A stretch of DNA of 64,000 nucleotides from an uncultured delta proteobacterium (GCA_963767925.1 CAVYGB010000002.1:608001-672000), one strand, 5' to 3'; positions 40,747-51,085 are shown, counted from the first letter of the stretch. Made by a program: numbers and translations. The notes: generated by a model from the sequence alone, not told the origin.

Positions 40747-41715
40747 ATGAAACACGACATCGCCGCCCGCCCGCTCCCCTTCGCCGCCTTGCCCATCCTG
40801 CTGGCCCTCGCCGGCGCCTGCGCGAACGCCAGCGCCAGCGCGCGCGTCGGTCCCACCCCGCCGGCCGGCTTTCGCAGCGAGATGACCCGGGTCAACGGCA
40901 TCGACCTGCACTACGTGATCGGCGGCAAGGGCGAGCCCCTGGTGCTGCTGCACGGCTGGCCCCAGACCTGGTACGAGTTCCACCGGGTCATGCCCGGCCT
41001 GGCCGAGCAGTACACCGTGATCGTCCCCGACCTGCGCGGCGCCGGCGACAGCGAGGCTCCCGCCGCCGGCTACGACAAGGAGACCATGGCCGAGGACGTG
41101 CGCGGCCTGCTCGATCACCTCAAGCTCGACGCCGTCCACCTGGTGGGCCACGACATCGGGGCCATGGTGGCCTACCCCCTGGCCGCCAAGTACCCCGCAC
41201 GGATCAAGACCGTGACCCTGGCCGAAGCCCCCATCCCCGGCGTCGAGCCGAGCTGGACCGCCGCCACCAGCCTGCCCTTCCTCTGGCACTTCGGCTTTCA
41301 CAACGAAGCGGAGATCCCCGAGCTGCTCACCGCCGGCCGCGAGCGCCCCTACCTGCAGTCGTTCTACAAGAAGTTCTCGGTGGTCCCCGGAGCCTTCCCC
41401 GACGACGAGGTCGACGTCTACGCCCGGGCCTACGCCCGCCCGGGACGCATGACCGCCGGCTTCGCCTGGTACCGGGCCTTCGCCACCGACGTCACCCGCA
41501 ACACCGACCTGCAGAAGACCAAGCTCTCGATGCCCCTCCTGATGATGAGCGGCGGCGCCTTCGGAACCACCGAGGAAGCCCTCGTCAGCCAGGGCCAGGT
41601 CATCGCAACCAACGTGCGGGGCGCCGTGATCGCCGGCAGCGGCCACTGGGTCCTGGAGGAGCAGCCGGAGCTCTTCCTCACCGCCTTGCGCGCCTTCCTC
41701 GACGGCTCCCGCTGA
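40747..41715 (+). CDS. Alpha/beta hydrolase, epoxide hydrolase-like
   Basis: LLHGWPQ, PDLRG, VGHDIGA (Asp nucleophile), GHWVLEEQP. Confidence 0.9.
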   Translation: MKHDIAARPLPFAALPILLALAGACANASASARVGPTPPAGFRSEMTRVNGIDLHYVIGGKGEPLVLLHGWPQTWYEFHRVMPGLAEQYTVIVPDLRGAGDSEAPAAGYDKETMAEDVRGLLDHLKLDAVHLVGHDIGAMVAYPLAAKYPARIKTVTLAEAPIPGVEPSWTAATSLPFLWHFGFHNEAEIPELLTAGRERPYLQSFYKKFSVVPGAFPDDEVDVYARAYARPGRMTAGFAWYRAFATDVTRNTDLQKTKLSMPLLMMSGGAFGTTEEALVSQGQVIATNVRGAVIAGSGHWVLEEQPELFLTALRAFLDGSR

Positions 41716-41774
41716 GTCGCCCGGCCCGGCGGGCGGACAGGACACACCTTTGCGGCGGGAGGCATCGAACAGAC

Positions 41775-42587
41775 ATGGCGAACTTGCAAGCGGTGGAGAG
41801 TGGGGACCGGCGCGTGACGGCGGCAGCGGCGTTCATGCTCCGGTCGCCGGGCTGGCTGTCGGAGCTGTTCCAGTACCTGCCGGCGGCGGTGATGCTGTCG
41901 GTGGGCGCGCTGGGCGGGGCGGCCCTGGCGGGTCGGGGGCCGCAGATCTTGCGCGAGCGCAAGGCGCTGGGCGGGCTGCTGGTGGCGGGGGCGGCGCTGG
42001 GGCTGGCCAAGTGGCAGCTCGACCGGTTCTTCACCGAGCAGCCGGACTTCACGCTGGAGGGCAAGGTCGGCGGCCTCGAGCTGCGGCGCTACCACGCGCG
42101 GGTGGTGGCGGAGACGACGGTCGAGCAGCCGGACTGGGACGAGGCGCTGAACGAGGGGTTTCGCCGGCTGGCCGGGTACATCTTCGGGGCCAACGACGGC
42201 AAGCAGAAGATCGCCATGACCACGCCGGTCAACGCCACCCGGAGCCGGCCCGAGAAGATCGCGATGACCACGCCGGTCACCGCCAGCGCGCAGGCCGGCG
42301 CCGTGACCGTCACCTTCAGCATGCCGAAGGGGCGCGACCTCGCCTCGCTGCCCAGCCCCGTCGACCCGCGCGTACGCCTGCGCGTGCAACCGGCCGGGCG
42401 GGTGGCGGCCCTGCGCTCCCACGGCCGCTACGACGACCGGCGCATCGAGACCCTGAAGGCCGACCTGCTCGCCCGCCTGAACACGGCTGACCTGCAGCCG
42501 ACCGGCCCCGCCCTGTTCGCCGGCTACGATCCCCCGTCCACCCTCCCCTTCCTGCGCCGCCTCGAGGTCTGGGCGCCGATCGCCTGA
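41775..42587 (+). CDS. SOUL heme-binding protein with N-terminal TM segments
   Basis: GFRRLAGYIFGAN, KIAMTTPV (twice), YDPPSTLPFLRR.EVW. Confidence 0.9.
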   Translation: MANLQAVESGDRRVTAAAAFMLRSPGWLSELFQYLPAAVMLSVGALGGAALAGRGPQILRERKALGGLLVAGAALGLAKWQLDRFFTEQPDFTLEGKVGGLELRRYHARVVAETTVEQPDWDEALNEGFRRLAGYIFGANDGKQKIAMTTPVNATRSRPEKIAMTTPVTASAQAGAVTVTFSMPKGRDLASLPSPVDPRVRLRVQPAGRVAALRSHGRYDDRRIETLKADLLARLNTADLQPTGPALFAGYDPPSTLPFLRRLEVWAPIA

Positions 42588-42639
42588 CCCGGCTAAAGCT
42601 GACGGCCGGTTCGACACCCCGAACAACGAGGACCCGAAC

Positions 42640-42876
42640 ATGGCAGACAGACCGACCCGAGACGTCGAGAAGGACTACCCGAAGACCGAGCTCATCGCCA
42701 AGCTGCGCCGGCTGGCCGACGCCCTCGAGCAGGGCGAACGCTTCGAGATCCAGATCGCCGGCGAACGCATCCAGGTCCCCGTGCGGGCCAGCTTCAACAT
42801 CGAGCACGAACGCTCGGACGACGAGGAAGAGATCGAGTTCCAGATCAAATGGCGCCGCTCCCCCACCGAACCGTAG
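42640..42876 (+). CDS. Amphi-Trp domain protein
   Basis: RDVEKDY...KLRRLADALE...EHE...EIEFQIKW. Confidence 0.85.
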   Translation: MADRPTRDVEKDYPKTELIAKLRRLADALEQGERFEIQIAGERIQVPVRASFNIEHERSDDEEEIEFQIKWRRSPTEP

Positions 42877-42929
42877 CCCCAGGCGCAAACGCCATCACCT
42901 CTACCAGGCGCCGGTCCATCACCGCCCGC

Positions 42930-43075
42930 AGGCGCCTCTCCCTCACCTCTCCCCGCGGTCTGCCGTGGGGAGAGGTCGACGCATCTGCGCGGCGGGTGAG
43001 GGGCCTCCGGCGCGGCAACCGCCCCTCACCCTTGTCCCTCGCCCCACGGCCGCAGACGGCCGCGGGGCGAGGGCA
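42930..43075. repeat. Cluster of REP-like GC-rich hairpins between convergent genes
   Basis: cctctccccgcgg..ccgtgggggagagg-type stem; gggtgagggg..cccctcaccc; ccctcgcccc..ggggcgaggg. Confidence 0.6.
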
Positions 43076-43088
43076 AACGGAAGGGTCG

Positions 43089-43466
43089 CTAGCCGTTCAT
43101 GAGGGAGATGATGTTGCCGTCGGGGTCCTTGAACCAGGCGGTCTTGAAATCCCCGCTGCTGTGGATGTGGCCCTTGAGCGTGAGCCCGGGGAGGTCGTAG
43201 TGCTCGAAGGTGACGCCCCGATCCGCGAGCCCCTGGACGATCTTCTCGATGTCCTTGCCGACCAGCCAGCTGGCGCCGGTGGCCTTGTTGGTCCCGGCGT
43301 ATTGCGACCGGTACACGATCACCTTCGAGCTGCCGCTCTTGTAGCTGACCGCCTCGTCGCCCTGGCTGTCCACCGGCTTGAGCCCCAGCGTGCCCTCGTA
43401 GAACTTCCGGGCAGCGGCCAGGTCCTTCACCGCGAGCGTGGCGATCGCTTCCTTGTCTCCGAGCAT
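43089..43466 (-). CDS. VOC/glyoxalase family protein
   Basis: LAVKDLAAARKFYEGTLGL...GVTFEHYD...AWFKDPDGNII; SD ggagg. Confidence 0.92.
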   Translation of the reverse strand: MLGDKEAIATLAVKDLAAARKFYEGTLGLKPVDSQGDEAVSYKSGSSKVIVYRSQYAGTNKATGASWLVGKDIEKIVQGLADRGVTFEHYDLPGLTLKGHIHSSGDFKTAWFKDPDGNIISLMNG

Positions 43467-43778
43467 GTCGTTCCTCCCTTCGGGTTTGTCGTCGCCCCGA
43501 TCTTCCCAGGGCGGCGCCGGGCTGACCAACGTTCCCGGCACAATCAGGGTCCCCCGCTACAGAGCACCCAGGTCATGCCGCTGGTTGGCGACCGGCTCGC
43601 CGGTACGACGATCGACCCGCCGCCGGACCGACGCGCCGATCGGTAAATCCCCACCTCCCCGTAGCCCGGGCCCGCCGTGCGAACCGGCGGGGACGCAAGG
43701 ATCGCCGGCGACGCCAACGACTTGACCGGTCCCGGGCGCTCACCGAAACTCCGTCGTCCATTTCCCGGGGAGGGCCAG

Positions 43779-44747
43779 ATGAAGCCATTGTTCGGTGTGT
43801 CGCTGATGTTCTCGATGATCGCCCCTGCCGCGCTGACCGCGGCCCACGCCGGCGCGCCGGCCAGAGCCGCCGAGGGGCAGCAGGCCTGCGACAAGGGTGA
43901 CGGCGCCGCCTGCGCGCGCCTGGCGGAGCAGTACCGGAAGGGCACCGGCGTCGCGAAGGACGACCTGAAGGTGGGCGAGCTGCTGGGCAAGGCCTGCGAG
44001 GCGAAGGAGATGAAGGCCTGCTTCGACCTCGCGAGGCTGGCCTGGAGCGGCGACGTCACCGGGTGGATCGACTGGAAGACCGCCTGGGGCTCCTTCCAGA
44101 AGGGGGTGGAGATCGACAAGGCCAGGGCCCTCGCCCTCCACGAGAAGGCCTGCGCCGGCGGGTCGGCCGCGGGCTGTTACGACCTCGGGCTCATGCACGC
44201 CAACGGCTGGGGCGTCCCCAAGGACGAGACCAAGGCCGCGCAGGCCTACCAGAAGTCGTGCGACGGCGGCGACGCCGCCGGCTGCTACGGCCTGGGCCAG
44301 GCCATCCGCCAGGGCAAGGGCGTGGCCAAGGACGAGGCCCGCGCCCTGCAGGTCTACAAGAAGTCCTGCGACGCCGCCTACGCCCCCGGCTGCTACAAAC
44401 ACGCGTACATGTACGAAGAGGGCCTCAGCGTGGCCAAGAACGACGCCCGCGCCCTGCCCATCTACGAGAAATCCTGCGACCGCGGCGACTCCGGCGCCTG
44501 CGGCAAGGTCGGCGTGATGTACGAAACCGGCCAGGGCGTGGCGAAGAACGAGGCCAAGGCCGCCCGCTACTACCAAAAAGGCTGCGACGGCCGCAACCTG
44601 CGCGGCTGCCACAAGCTCGCCGGCCTCTACGAAAGAGGCCTCGGCGTCTCGAAGGACCCCGCCCGCGCCACCGCCCTCTACCAGGACGCCTGCAACCGCG
44701 GCTTCGCCGACGCCTGCACCACCATCAAACCCCGCTCCCTCAACTGA
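43779..44747 (+). CDS. Sel1-like repeat (Hcp-type Cys-containing) secreted protein
   Basis: Repeated GCY.LG..Y..G.GV.KD..KA...Y.KSCD units; signal peptide. Confidence 0.92.
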   Translation: MKPLFGVSLMFSMIAPAALTAAHAGAPARAAEGQQACDKGDGAACARLAEQYRKGTGVAKDDLKVGELLGKACEAKEMKACFDLARLAWSGDVTGWIDWKTAWGSFQKGVEIDKARALALHEKACAGGSAAGCYDLGLMHANGWGVPKDETKAAQAYQKSCDGGDAAGCYGLGQAIRQGKGVAKDEARALQVYKKSCDAAYAPGCYKHAYMYEEGLSVAKNDARALPIYEKSCDRGDSGACGKVGVMYETGQGVAKNEAKAARYYQKGCDGRNLRGCHKLAGLYERGLGVSKDPARATALYQDACNRGFADACTTIKPRSLN

Positions 44748-44779
44748 CCCCCCCCCCGGAGAGGGGCGCTCGATCGCAA

Positions 44780-44805
44780 GAAGGGCCCGGTGAACCGGGC
44801 CCTTC
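44780..44805. terminator. 12-bp hairpin downstream of the Sel1 gene
   Basis: gaagggcccggt-ga-accgggcccttc. Confidence 0.5.
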
Positions 44806-44936
44806 GCCGTTCTCCTCCCGGAGTGGCCTCGAGGTTAGTCGACCAGAACCTACCCGGGACCGAGGCGCTGAGCCGGCAGCGCCGGGATCAACAGAGCGCT
44901 GGTCTCGGGGCGGGGCGCTGGCAAGATAGGTGGATC

Positions 44937-46991
44937 GTGAAGGTCCAACGTCTCGCTGTCGCCGTTGCTGCGCTCTGCTGGTCTCTCGTCGCGCCGGGGG
45001 GGCTGGCGCGGGCGGCGCCGCGGGCGCTGGCGGTGGCGGACCTGATCACCGCCGTCCGGGTGGGCAGCCCGACGCTGTCGCCCGATGGGAAGCTTGTGGT
45101 CTACTCCGTCACCACCACCGACGGCGACTCGCTGGCGCGGGTGGCCCACCTCTGGGTGGTGCCGGCCGACGGCAGCGCGCCGCCGCGGCAGCTCACCGCC
45201 GGGGACAAGGGGGAGAGCGACCCGGCGTTTTCACCCGACGGGCGCGAGCTGGCCTTCATCGCCGATCGGAGCGGCACCCCGCAGGTGCACCTGATGCGGG
45301 TGGACGGCGGCGAGGCGCGCCGGCTGACCTCGGTCGCCACCGGCGTGCAGGGGCCCCTGCGCTGGTCGCCCGACGGCGCCCGCCTGGCGTTCGTCAGCGA
45401 CGTGTTTCCGCCCTGCACCACCGACGGTTGCAACAAGCAGCGCCAGGAGGCCAGGGAGAAGGGGCCGGTGGTGCACCACGCCCGCCGCCTGCTGTTTCGC
45501 CACTGGCGGGACTGGCGCACGGACGTCCGGCACCACGTCCTGGTGACCGAGGTGGCCGGCGGCGCCACCCGCGACGTCACCCCGGGTGACTTCGATTCGC
45601 CCCCGTTCTTCAACGAGGGGGGCAACCTGACCTTCTCGCCGGACGGCAAGGAGCTCTGCTTCGTCTCCAACCGCGACGGCCCCGACGAGGAGGCCTGGTC
45701 GACCAACCACGACCTGTGGACAGTCCCCGTCACCGGCGGCGCGGCCGTCCGGCGGACCAGCGGCAAGGGCGCCGACCTGGAGCCGCACTACACCCCCGAC
45801 GGGCGGCACATCGTGTTTCGCTCGCAGGCCCGCGCCGGGTTCGAGGCCGATCGCTGGCGGATCGTGACCCTCGACCGCAAGAGCGGCGCCACAAAGGTGC
45901 TGTTCGAGACGCCCGATCTGTCGGCCCACGACCTGCGCCTCACCCGGGACGGCCGCACCGTCCTGTTCACCGCCGACCAGGGCGGCCGGCTGAACCTGTT
46001 CGCCGTCGAGGTGGCCGGCGGAACGCCGCGGCTGGTCCGGCAGGGGGGATCGTTCCACGACGTGGTCCCCACCCCCGACGGACGCCAGGCGGTTGTGGCG
46101 CTGTCGACCTTCACCGCGCCGGCCGACCTGTTCCGGATCTCGCTGGTCGGGCAGGAGGCCCCCGTGCGGCTGACCGACCACAACCGCCGCTGGCTGGCCG
46201 ACGTGGCCATCCCGGCCCCCGAGGTGATGACCGTGAAAGGCGCGGGCGGCGCCGACGTGATGTCCTGGCTGTTCACCCCGCCCGGCTTCGAGCGCGGCCG
46301 CCGCTACCCGGTCGTGTTCCTGATCCACGGCGGGCCGCAGGGCGCCTGGTCGGACGCCTGGTCCTACCGCTGGAACCCCGCCCTCTGGGCCGCGCAGGGC
46401 TGGGTGGTGGTGGCCCCCAACCCGCGCGGGTCGACCGGCTTCGGCCAGCGCTTCGTCGACGAGATCTCGCGCGACTGGTCGGGCAAGGTGATGGAGGACC
46501 TCGCCGCCGTATTCGACGCCGCCGTCAAGAAGCCCTTCATCGATCCGCGCCGCCAGGCCATCGCCGGGGCCAGCTACGGCGGCTACGCCGTCAACTGGCT
46601 GATCGGCCAGAGCGACCGCTTCCGCGCCGCCGTCAGCCACGCCGGCCTGTGGAACCTGGAGTCGATGGCCGCCACGACCGAGGAGCTGTGGTTCACCGAG
46701 TGGGAGTTCGGCGGGCCCGCCCACGCCCCCGCCGTGCAGGAGCACCTCCGCCGCGCCTCACCCCACCGCTTCGCCGAGCGGATCAAGACCCCCACCCTGG
46801 TGATCAGCAACGACCTCGACTTCCGCGTCCCGGTCGACCAGGGCCTCCAGCTCTTCACCACCTTGCGCCGCCGGGGCATCGCCGCCGAGCTGATGACCTT
46901 CCCCACCGAAGGCCACTGGGTCCTCTCTCCCCGCAACTCCCGCTACTGGCACGAGCAGACCTTCGCCTGGCTCCACCGCTGGCTGAAGTGA
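44937..46991 (+). CDS. S9 prolyl oligopeptidase family (DPP5/acylaminoacyl-peptidase-like)
   Basis: PD40-like SPDG repeats, IHGGPQ, NPRGSTGFG, GASYGGY, DFRVP, EGHWV. Confidence 0.95.
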   Translation: MKVQRLAVAVAALCWSLVAPGGLARAAPRALAVADLITAVRVGSPTLSPDGKLVVYSVTTTDGDSLARVAHLWVVPADGSAPPRQLTAGDKGESDPAFSPDGRELAFIADRSGTPQVHLMRVDGGEARRLTSVATGVQGPLRWSPDGARLAFVSDVFPPCTTDGCNKQRQEAREKGPVVHHARRLLFRHWRDWRTDVRHHVLVTEVAGGATRDVTPGDFDSPPFFNEGGNLTFSPDGKELCFVSNRDGPDEEAWSTNHDLWTVPVTGGAAVRRTSGKGADLEPHYTPDGRHIVFRSQARAGFEADRWRIVTLDRKSGATKVLFETPDLSAHDLRLTRDGRTVLFTADQGGRLNLFAVEVAGGTPRLVRQGGSFHDVVPTPDGRQAVVALSTFTAPADLFRISLVGQEAPVRLTDHNRRWLADVAIPAPEVMTVKGAGGADVMSWLFTPPGFERGRRYPVVFLIHGGPQGAWSDAWSYRWNPALWAAQGWVVVAPNPRGSTGFGQRFVDEISRDWSGKVMEDLAAVFDAAVKKPFIDPRRQAIAGASYGGYAVNWLIGQSDRFRAAVSHAGLWNLESMAATTEELWFTEWEFGGPAHAPAVQEHLRRASPHRFAERIKTPTLVISNDLDFRVPVDQGLQLFTTLRRRGIAAELMTFPTEGHWVLSPRNSRYWHEQTFAWLHRWLK

Positions 46992-47225
46992 TCGCCGCCG
47001 CGTCGGTCGCCCCTCTCGCTACCAGCGTCCATCGGGCGGCGCGTAGGCGTCGCTGGCGTCGGGCCCGGGCTGGCAGCGAGGCGGTCGACAAGGGCACGGA
47101 CGGCGGCGGGGCGAGGGGGACGGGGCGGTTCCTCGGCGGCAGAGATGACTGGCCGCATTGTGCGACTTGGTGTGACGGAGGGTGGGTGGGGGTCACTTGT
47201 CTCCGGTCTTCCCTGAGGGTTTCGT

Positions 47226-47890
47226 ATGTCCGCGCGTCACGCAATCGTTCTCGCTAACCTGGTGCTCCTGGCGGCGGTCGCCGCGGCAAGTGCTTGCAGC
47301 ACCGGCGAAAAGCCGGGGTCCGGCCCGCCGGGCGAGCCGGCCGGTCAGGCGGGCAGCGGCGGCCGGGGCGGAGGCGCCGGCGATGGCGGCGGCGGCGCGG
47401 GGACGGCGGGGGTGCGACGTCGGCCCCGGCACCGCCGAGGAGCTGAACCTGGTGACCGCCCCCGGCCAGAACTTCGGCTGGAACGGCACCCGCGTCGGCC
47501 CCTGCGCCACCTGCGCCGGCCTCACCAACCCCATCTCCACCTACCGCATCTCCAGCGACCCCTACGAGGGCGACGGCAACCCGGTCTGGGAGGCGCGCCC
47601 CCGCCGCTCGGTCTGGGTTGGCGTGCAATACGAGGACTGCGGCAACGACCGCTACGGCGGCGCCATGACCGGCGTCTACCTCTTCGGCGACCTGTTCGCC
47701 GGCTGGGTGCGCGGCGCGGTCATCGACGACGCCGGCAAGAAGATCGCCGACCCCCCTGGCCGACATGCCCGCCCTGTCCGCCTGGGCCCAGGGCCCCGAC
47801 GGCTACCTCTACGCCCTGCGCTTCGGCAACTACGGCGACCACCTCACCGGCCATCAGATCGGCATCTACCGCGTCGAGCGCGCGCCGTAG
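47226..47890 (+). pseudogene. Internally deleted PQQ-dependent sugar (glucose/sorbosone) dehydrogenase-like lipoprotein gene
   Basis: Lipoprotein signal + Gly linker joined out of frame (~47412) to DVG...EELN...GQNFGW...YLFGD, then a second shift (~47755) to QGPDGYLY...IYRV. Confidence 0.7.
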
Positions 47891-47957
47891 CGCACGTTCG
47901 CGCGCGAAGCACGGGCCCCCATCCCGTCCGGTCATCGCGAGCCAAACGGGAACAACA

Positions 47958-48025
47958 CCCCTCTCGCACAGGGGACACAACTCTCCCGCACGGGGGACAT
48001 CACCTCTCCCGCACGGGAAAACCAC
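47958..48025. repeat. ~23-bp tandem repeat x3
   Basis: ctctcccgcacggggacac-like units. Confidence 0.7.
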
Positions 48026-48412
48026 GCCCACGAATCCGAGCAGCGATTCGAGCGACCGGTCACCCCTTGATCAGGGGCCACGCCGACGGCGATCGAGCGC
48101 GCGCCCGTCGGCCTTCGACCTCGGCGCGCAGACGATGCGTCGAGGCATCTGCGAGCTGTTTTGATGAAAGGCGCGCTCTCCGTACTCCGACTAACCGGCG
48201 GGCAACGGCAGGGACCGAACCGGACCTCCGCAGAACTGGCCTGGATCACAGATGTGCGCGCATACTTCAAACAGCGACGGATGCAGGGCGATCGGCGATG
48301 CTGTGCGGATCGAACGCGCGGGCCACGTGGGACATGTAGGCAAATTGGCGGCCTCGTTTCGGAGGACGCGCGTTGGTGCACGAGACCACTTAGATAGAAG
48401 CGAGGTTCGCCA

Positions 48413-48784
48413 ATGAAGAGACCAGCGTTCGTCCTGATGCTCGTGCTGCTGTCGGCCGCCTGTGCCCACCGGAGGGTGGCCGCCCCCTCGGCGGACCCGG
48501 CGGCGGCGGTCACGGCGACCGAGCAGCAGCTGGCGAAACACGCGGCGGCGCTGATGGCTCCCGAGGCGACCGAGAAGCCCGATTGCGCCAGCGCCCGCAC
48601 CTTGCGCGACAACGTCTGCACGCTGGGCCAGCGGGTCTGCCTCCTCGTCGACGGGGATCAGGCCATCCCCGACGGGGCCATCCGCTGCAAGAAGGCCAGC
48701 CTCCAGTGTCAGAAGGCGAGCACCCACGCCACCGGGACCTGCCGCAAGCCCAAGGCCAGCAAGCCGAGATACTCCCGCCGATAG
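48413..48784 (+). CDS. Small Cys-rich lipoprotein
   Basis: MKR + hydrophobic + SAAC lipobox; six further Cys in a helical domain. Confidence 0.75.
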   Translation: MKRPAFVLMLVLLSAACAHRRVAAPSADPAAAVTATEQQLAKHAAALMAPEATEKPDCASARTLRDNVCTLGQRVCLLVDGDQAIPDGAIRCKKASLQCQKASTHATGTCRKPKASKPRYSRR

Positions 48785-48918
48785 GGCCGCGCGCCCCGAG
48801 GCAGCTCCCTCCTGAGGGAGATCCTTCCCGGGCCCTGCCCGCGCGCTCCGGCCAGCGGTCCCGGACGAGCCGCCCGTCCCGGAGCGGCCCGACCGGAACG
48901 CGCCCGCGCGCGCCGGAG

Positions 48919-49155
48919 TCAGCGGCGGCCCAGGCGGGCGAGCAGGTAGCCGAGCGTCAGCGCGCCGGCCAGGGCCTTGCCCGGATGCTTGCGCGCCAGG
49001 GACAGGCCCTTCTCGCCGTACGGCCGCAGATCGTTCGAGAGCCGACCCATCTGCCTGGCGTACGGCTTCATCCACTTCGACAGCCGGTGTAGCTGGTCGC
49101 CGAACTGGTCCTGAAGATCATGCGTCACGTCGCCGAACCTCTGCAAAGTCGTCAT
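48919..49155 (-). CDS. Small tail-anchored protein (ElaB/YqjD/DUF883-like tail)
   Basis: SD ggagg; RKHPGKALAGALTLGYLLARLGRR C-terminus. Confidence 0.7.
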   Translation of the reverse strand: MTTLQRFGDVTHDLQDQFGDQLHRLSKWMKPYARQMGRLSNDLRPYGEKGLSLARKHPGKALAGALTLGYLLARLGRR

Positions 49156-49269
49156 AGGTGTTCCTCCGTTGCGCTGGTGTCCCGCCAATGTGGGTCTCCA
49201 GGTCAGCCGATCCAGGGAGAAAAAGCGTGGGTCGGCAATAACCCGTAAAACGTCCAACGCGTCCCGCGA

Positions 49270-50898
49270 TCAGGTCGCCGTCTGACCGGCGGTCGTCTCC
49301 CCCTTGCCCCCCTTGGCGAACAGCACCGGGCCGCCGGGCGGTGGCTCGGTCCAGCGGCCGCGGCCCCAGGAGAGGGCGGCGGGCCAGTCGCCGGGCGTGG
49401 GCGGAGGCTGGGCGAGCTGGGCGCTGATGGCGGCGGACGTGGCGGGGAGGAAGGGGGCGAGGGCCAGGCCGGTGATCCGGACCGCCTCGATGGCGTGGTA
49501 CAGGACCGCGGCGAGGCGGGCGCCCGCGGCCTCGGCAGCGGGGGAGTCGGCGGCGGCGGCGCGGGCCAGGGTCCAGGGGGCCGTCTGCTCGAGGTAGCGG
49601 TTGGCGCCGGCGACGCACTCGAAGACCGCGGCCAGCGCCTCGTCGGCGGCGTGGCCGGCGAGCGCGCCCTCGAGGCGGCCGGGCAGCGCTTGCAGATGGG
49701 CGCGCAGGGCGTGGTCGGGGGCCTCGTCCGTCCCGGCGCGCGGGGGGTGCCGGGACCAGCTCCGCTGCACGAGGGTGATCGTCCGGCGCACCAGGTTGCC
49801 GAGCTGATCGGCCAGCTCGGCGTCGCGCGCGCCGACCAGCCGGGCCTCGCTGAAGTCGGTGTCCTCGAAGGGGCGGATGTGGCGCAGCAGGTAGTGGCGC
49901 ACGGCCTCGGTGCCGTGGCGGGCGACCAGCGCCTCGGGATCGACGGCGTTGCCCAGCGACTTTCCGATCTTCCGTCCGTCGACGGTGAGGTAGCCGTGCA
50001 CCAGCAGATCGCTGGGCAGCGGCAGGCCCGCCGACAGCAGGATGGCCGGCCAGTGGACGGCGTGAAAGCGGAGGATGCCCTTGCCCAGGACGTGCAGGCG
50101 GCCCCCAGCGCCGGCCCAGAACCGCCGGTAGGCCGGGGCGTCGCCGGTCCAGCCGAGCGTGTTCACGTAGCTCGAGAGCGCATCGAACCAGACGTAGACC
50201 ACCTGCCCGGGATCGCCGGGGACCGGGATGCCCCAGCCGCGCGCCCGCCCGCGCGCCCGCGACACGCTGATGTCCTCGAGCCCGCCCGCGAGGAACCCCA
50301 GCACCTCGTTGCGCCGCGAGCGGGGGGCGATCTGCAGGTGGCCCGCCTCGATCAGGCGCAGGAGGGGATCCCGGTAGCGCGACAGGCGGAAGAACCAGTT
50401 CTCCTCCTCGACCACCTCGGGGGCGGTGCCGTGTTCGGGGCAGCGGCCGTCGGTGAGGTCGGCGGCGTCGAAGAACCCTTCGCAGCCGACACAATACAGC
50501 CCGCGGTAGGGACGCCGGTACAGGTCGCCCGCGCGCAAGCAGGCGCGCCACAGCGCCTCGACCCCCGCGCGGTGGCGGGGGTCGGCGCCGGTGTGAATGA
50601 AGTCGTCGTACGACAGGTCGAGGGCCCGGCCGAGCGCCAGGAACCGCCCCGCGTTCTCCGCCACCAGCGCCTGGGGCGACACCTGCGCCCGCTCGGCCGC
50701 CTGCACGTTCTTCAGGCTGTTGTCGTCGGTGCCGCTCTGCAGGTGCACGGGCCGCCCACGCAGGCGCTGGTAGCGCGCGAGCGCATCGGCCAGCACCGCC
50801 TCGTAGGCGAAGCCGACGTGGGGGGCGGCGTTCACGTAGGGGATGGCGGTGCTGATGTAGAAGGGCTGGCAGAGAGACGGGGCAGCGTTCGCGTTCAT
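49270..50898 (-). CDS. metG: Methionine--tRNA ligase, short divergent type
   Basis: FYISTAIPYVNAAPHVG, YCVGCE..CPEH knuckle, ENWFFRLS, DISVSR..WGIPVP, YVWFDAL, RFHAVHWP, KIGKSLGN, LGNLVRRT, NRYLEQTAPW. Confidence 0.92.
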   Translation of the reverse strand: MNANAAPSLCQPFYISTAIPYVNAAPHVGFAYEAVLADALARYQRLRGRPVHLQSGTDDNSLKNVQAAERAQVSPQALVAENAGRFLALGRALDLSYDDFIHTGADPRHRAGVEALWRACLRAGDLYRRPYRGLYCVGCEGFFDAADLTDGRCPEHGTAPEVVEEENWFFRLSRYRDPLLRLIEAGHLQIAPRSRRNEVLGFLAGGLEDISVSRARGRARGWGIPVPGDPGQVVYVWFDALSSYVNTLGWTGDAPAYRRFWAGAGGRLHVLGKGILRFHAVHWPAILLSAGLPLPSDLLVHGYLTVDGRKIGKSLGNAVDPEALVARHGTEAVRHYLLRHIRPFEDTDFSEARLVGARDAELADQLGNLVRRTITLVQRSWSRHPPRAGTDEAPDHALRAHLQALPGRLEGALAGHAADEALAAVFECVAGANRYLEQTAPWTLARAAAADSPAAEAAGARLAAVLYHAIEAVRITGLALAPFLPATSAAISAQLAQPPPTPGDWPAALSWGRGRWTEPPPGGPVLFAKGGKGETTAGQTAT

Positions 50899-50899
50899 G

Positions 50900-50993
50900 G
50901 TGGTCCTCCTCGGGGAAGGCCCGGGCACAGCCGAGGACCACGGCGGCACGACCAGACGCGCCCCGGGTCCCCGACGGCGACCCGGGCGTCTGG
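50900..50993 (-). promoter_or_regulatory. SD-sequestering hairpin (50900-50941) and upstream GC hairpin (50952-50993) in the metG leader
   Basis: mRNA GUGGUCCU...AGGACCAC pairs over the GAGGAGG SD; CCAGACGC/CCCGGGUC stems. Confidence 0.75.
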
Positions 50994-51007
50994 CTGGCTC
51001 GTTGCGC

Positions 51008-51085
51008 TCAGCTCATCGGCCGCACGGGTGCACCGCGCATGGTCATGCGCATGGACATCCGGCGGCGAGAGCAGTGAACGGTCAC
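51008..51085 (-). CDS. Met-rich leader peptide (MTVHCSRRRMSMRMTMRGAPVRPMS)
   Basis: Five ATG codons, four within 7 codons, ~110 nt upstream of metG; extended -10 TGCTATCTT ~10 nt before the GTG. Confidence 0.75.
   Translation of the reverse strand: MTVHCSRRRMSMRMTMRGAPVRPMS

Noticed and set aside
43779..44747. Beta-lactamase call for the Hcp-like Sel1 protein
   Set aside because: Only repeat-level similarity; no catalytic evidence
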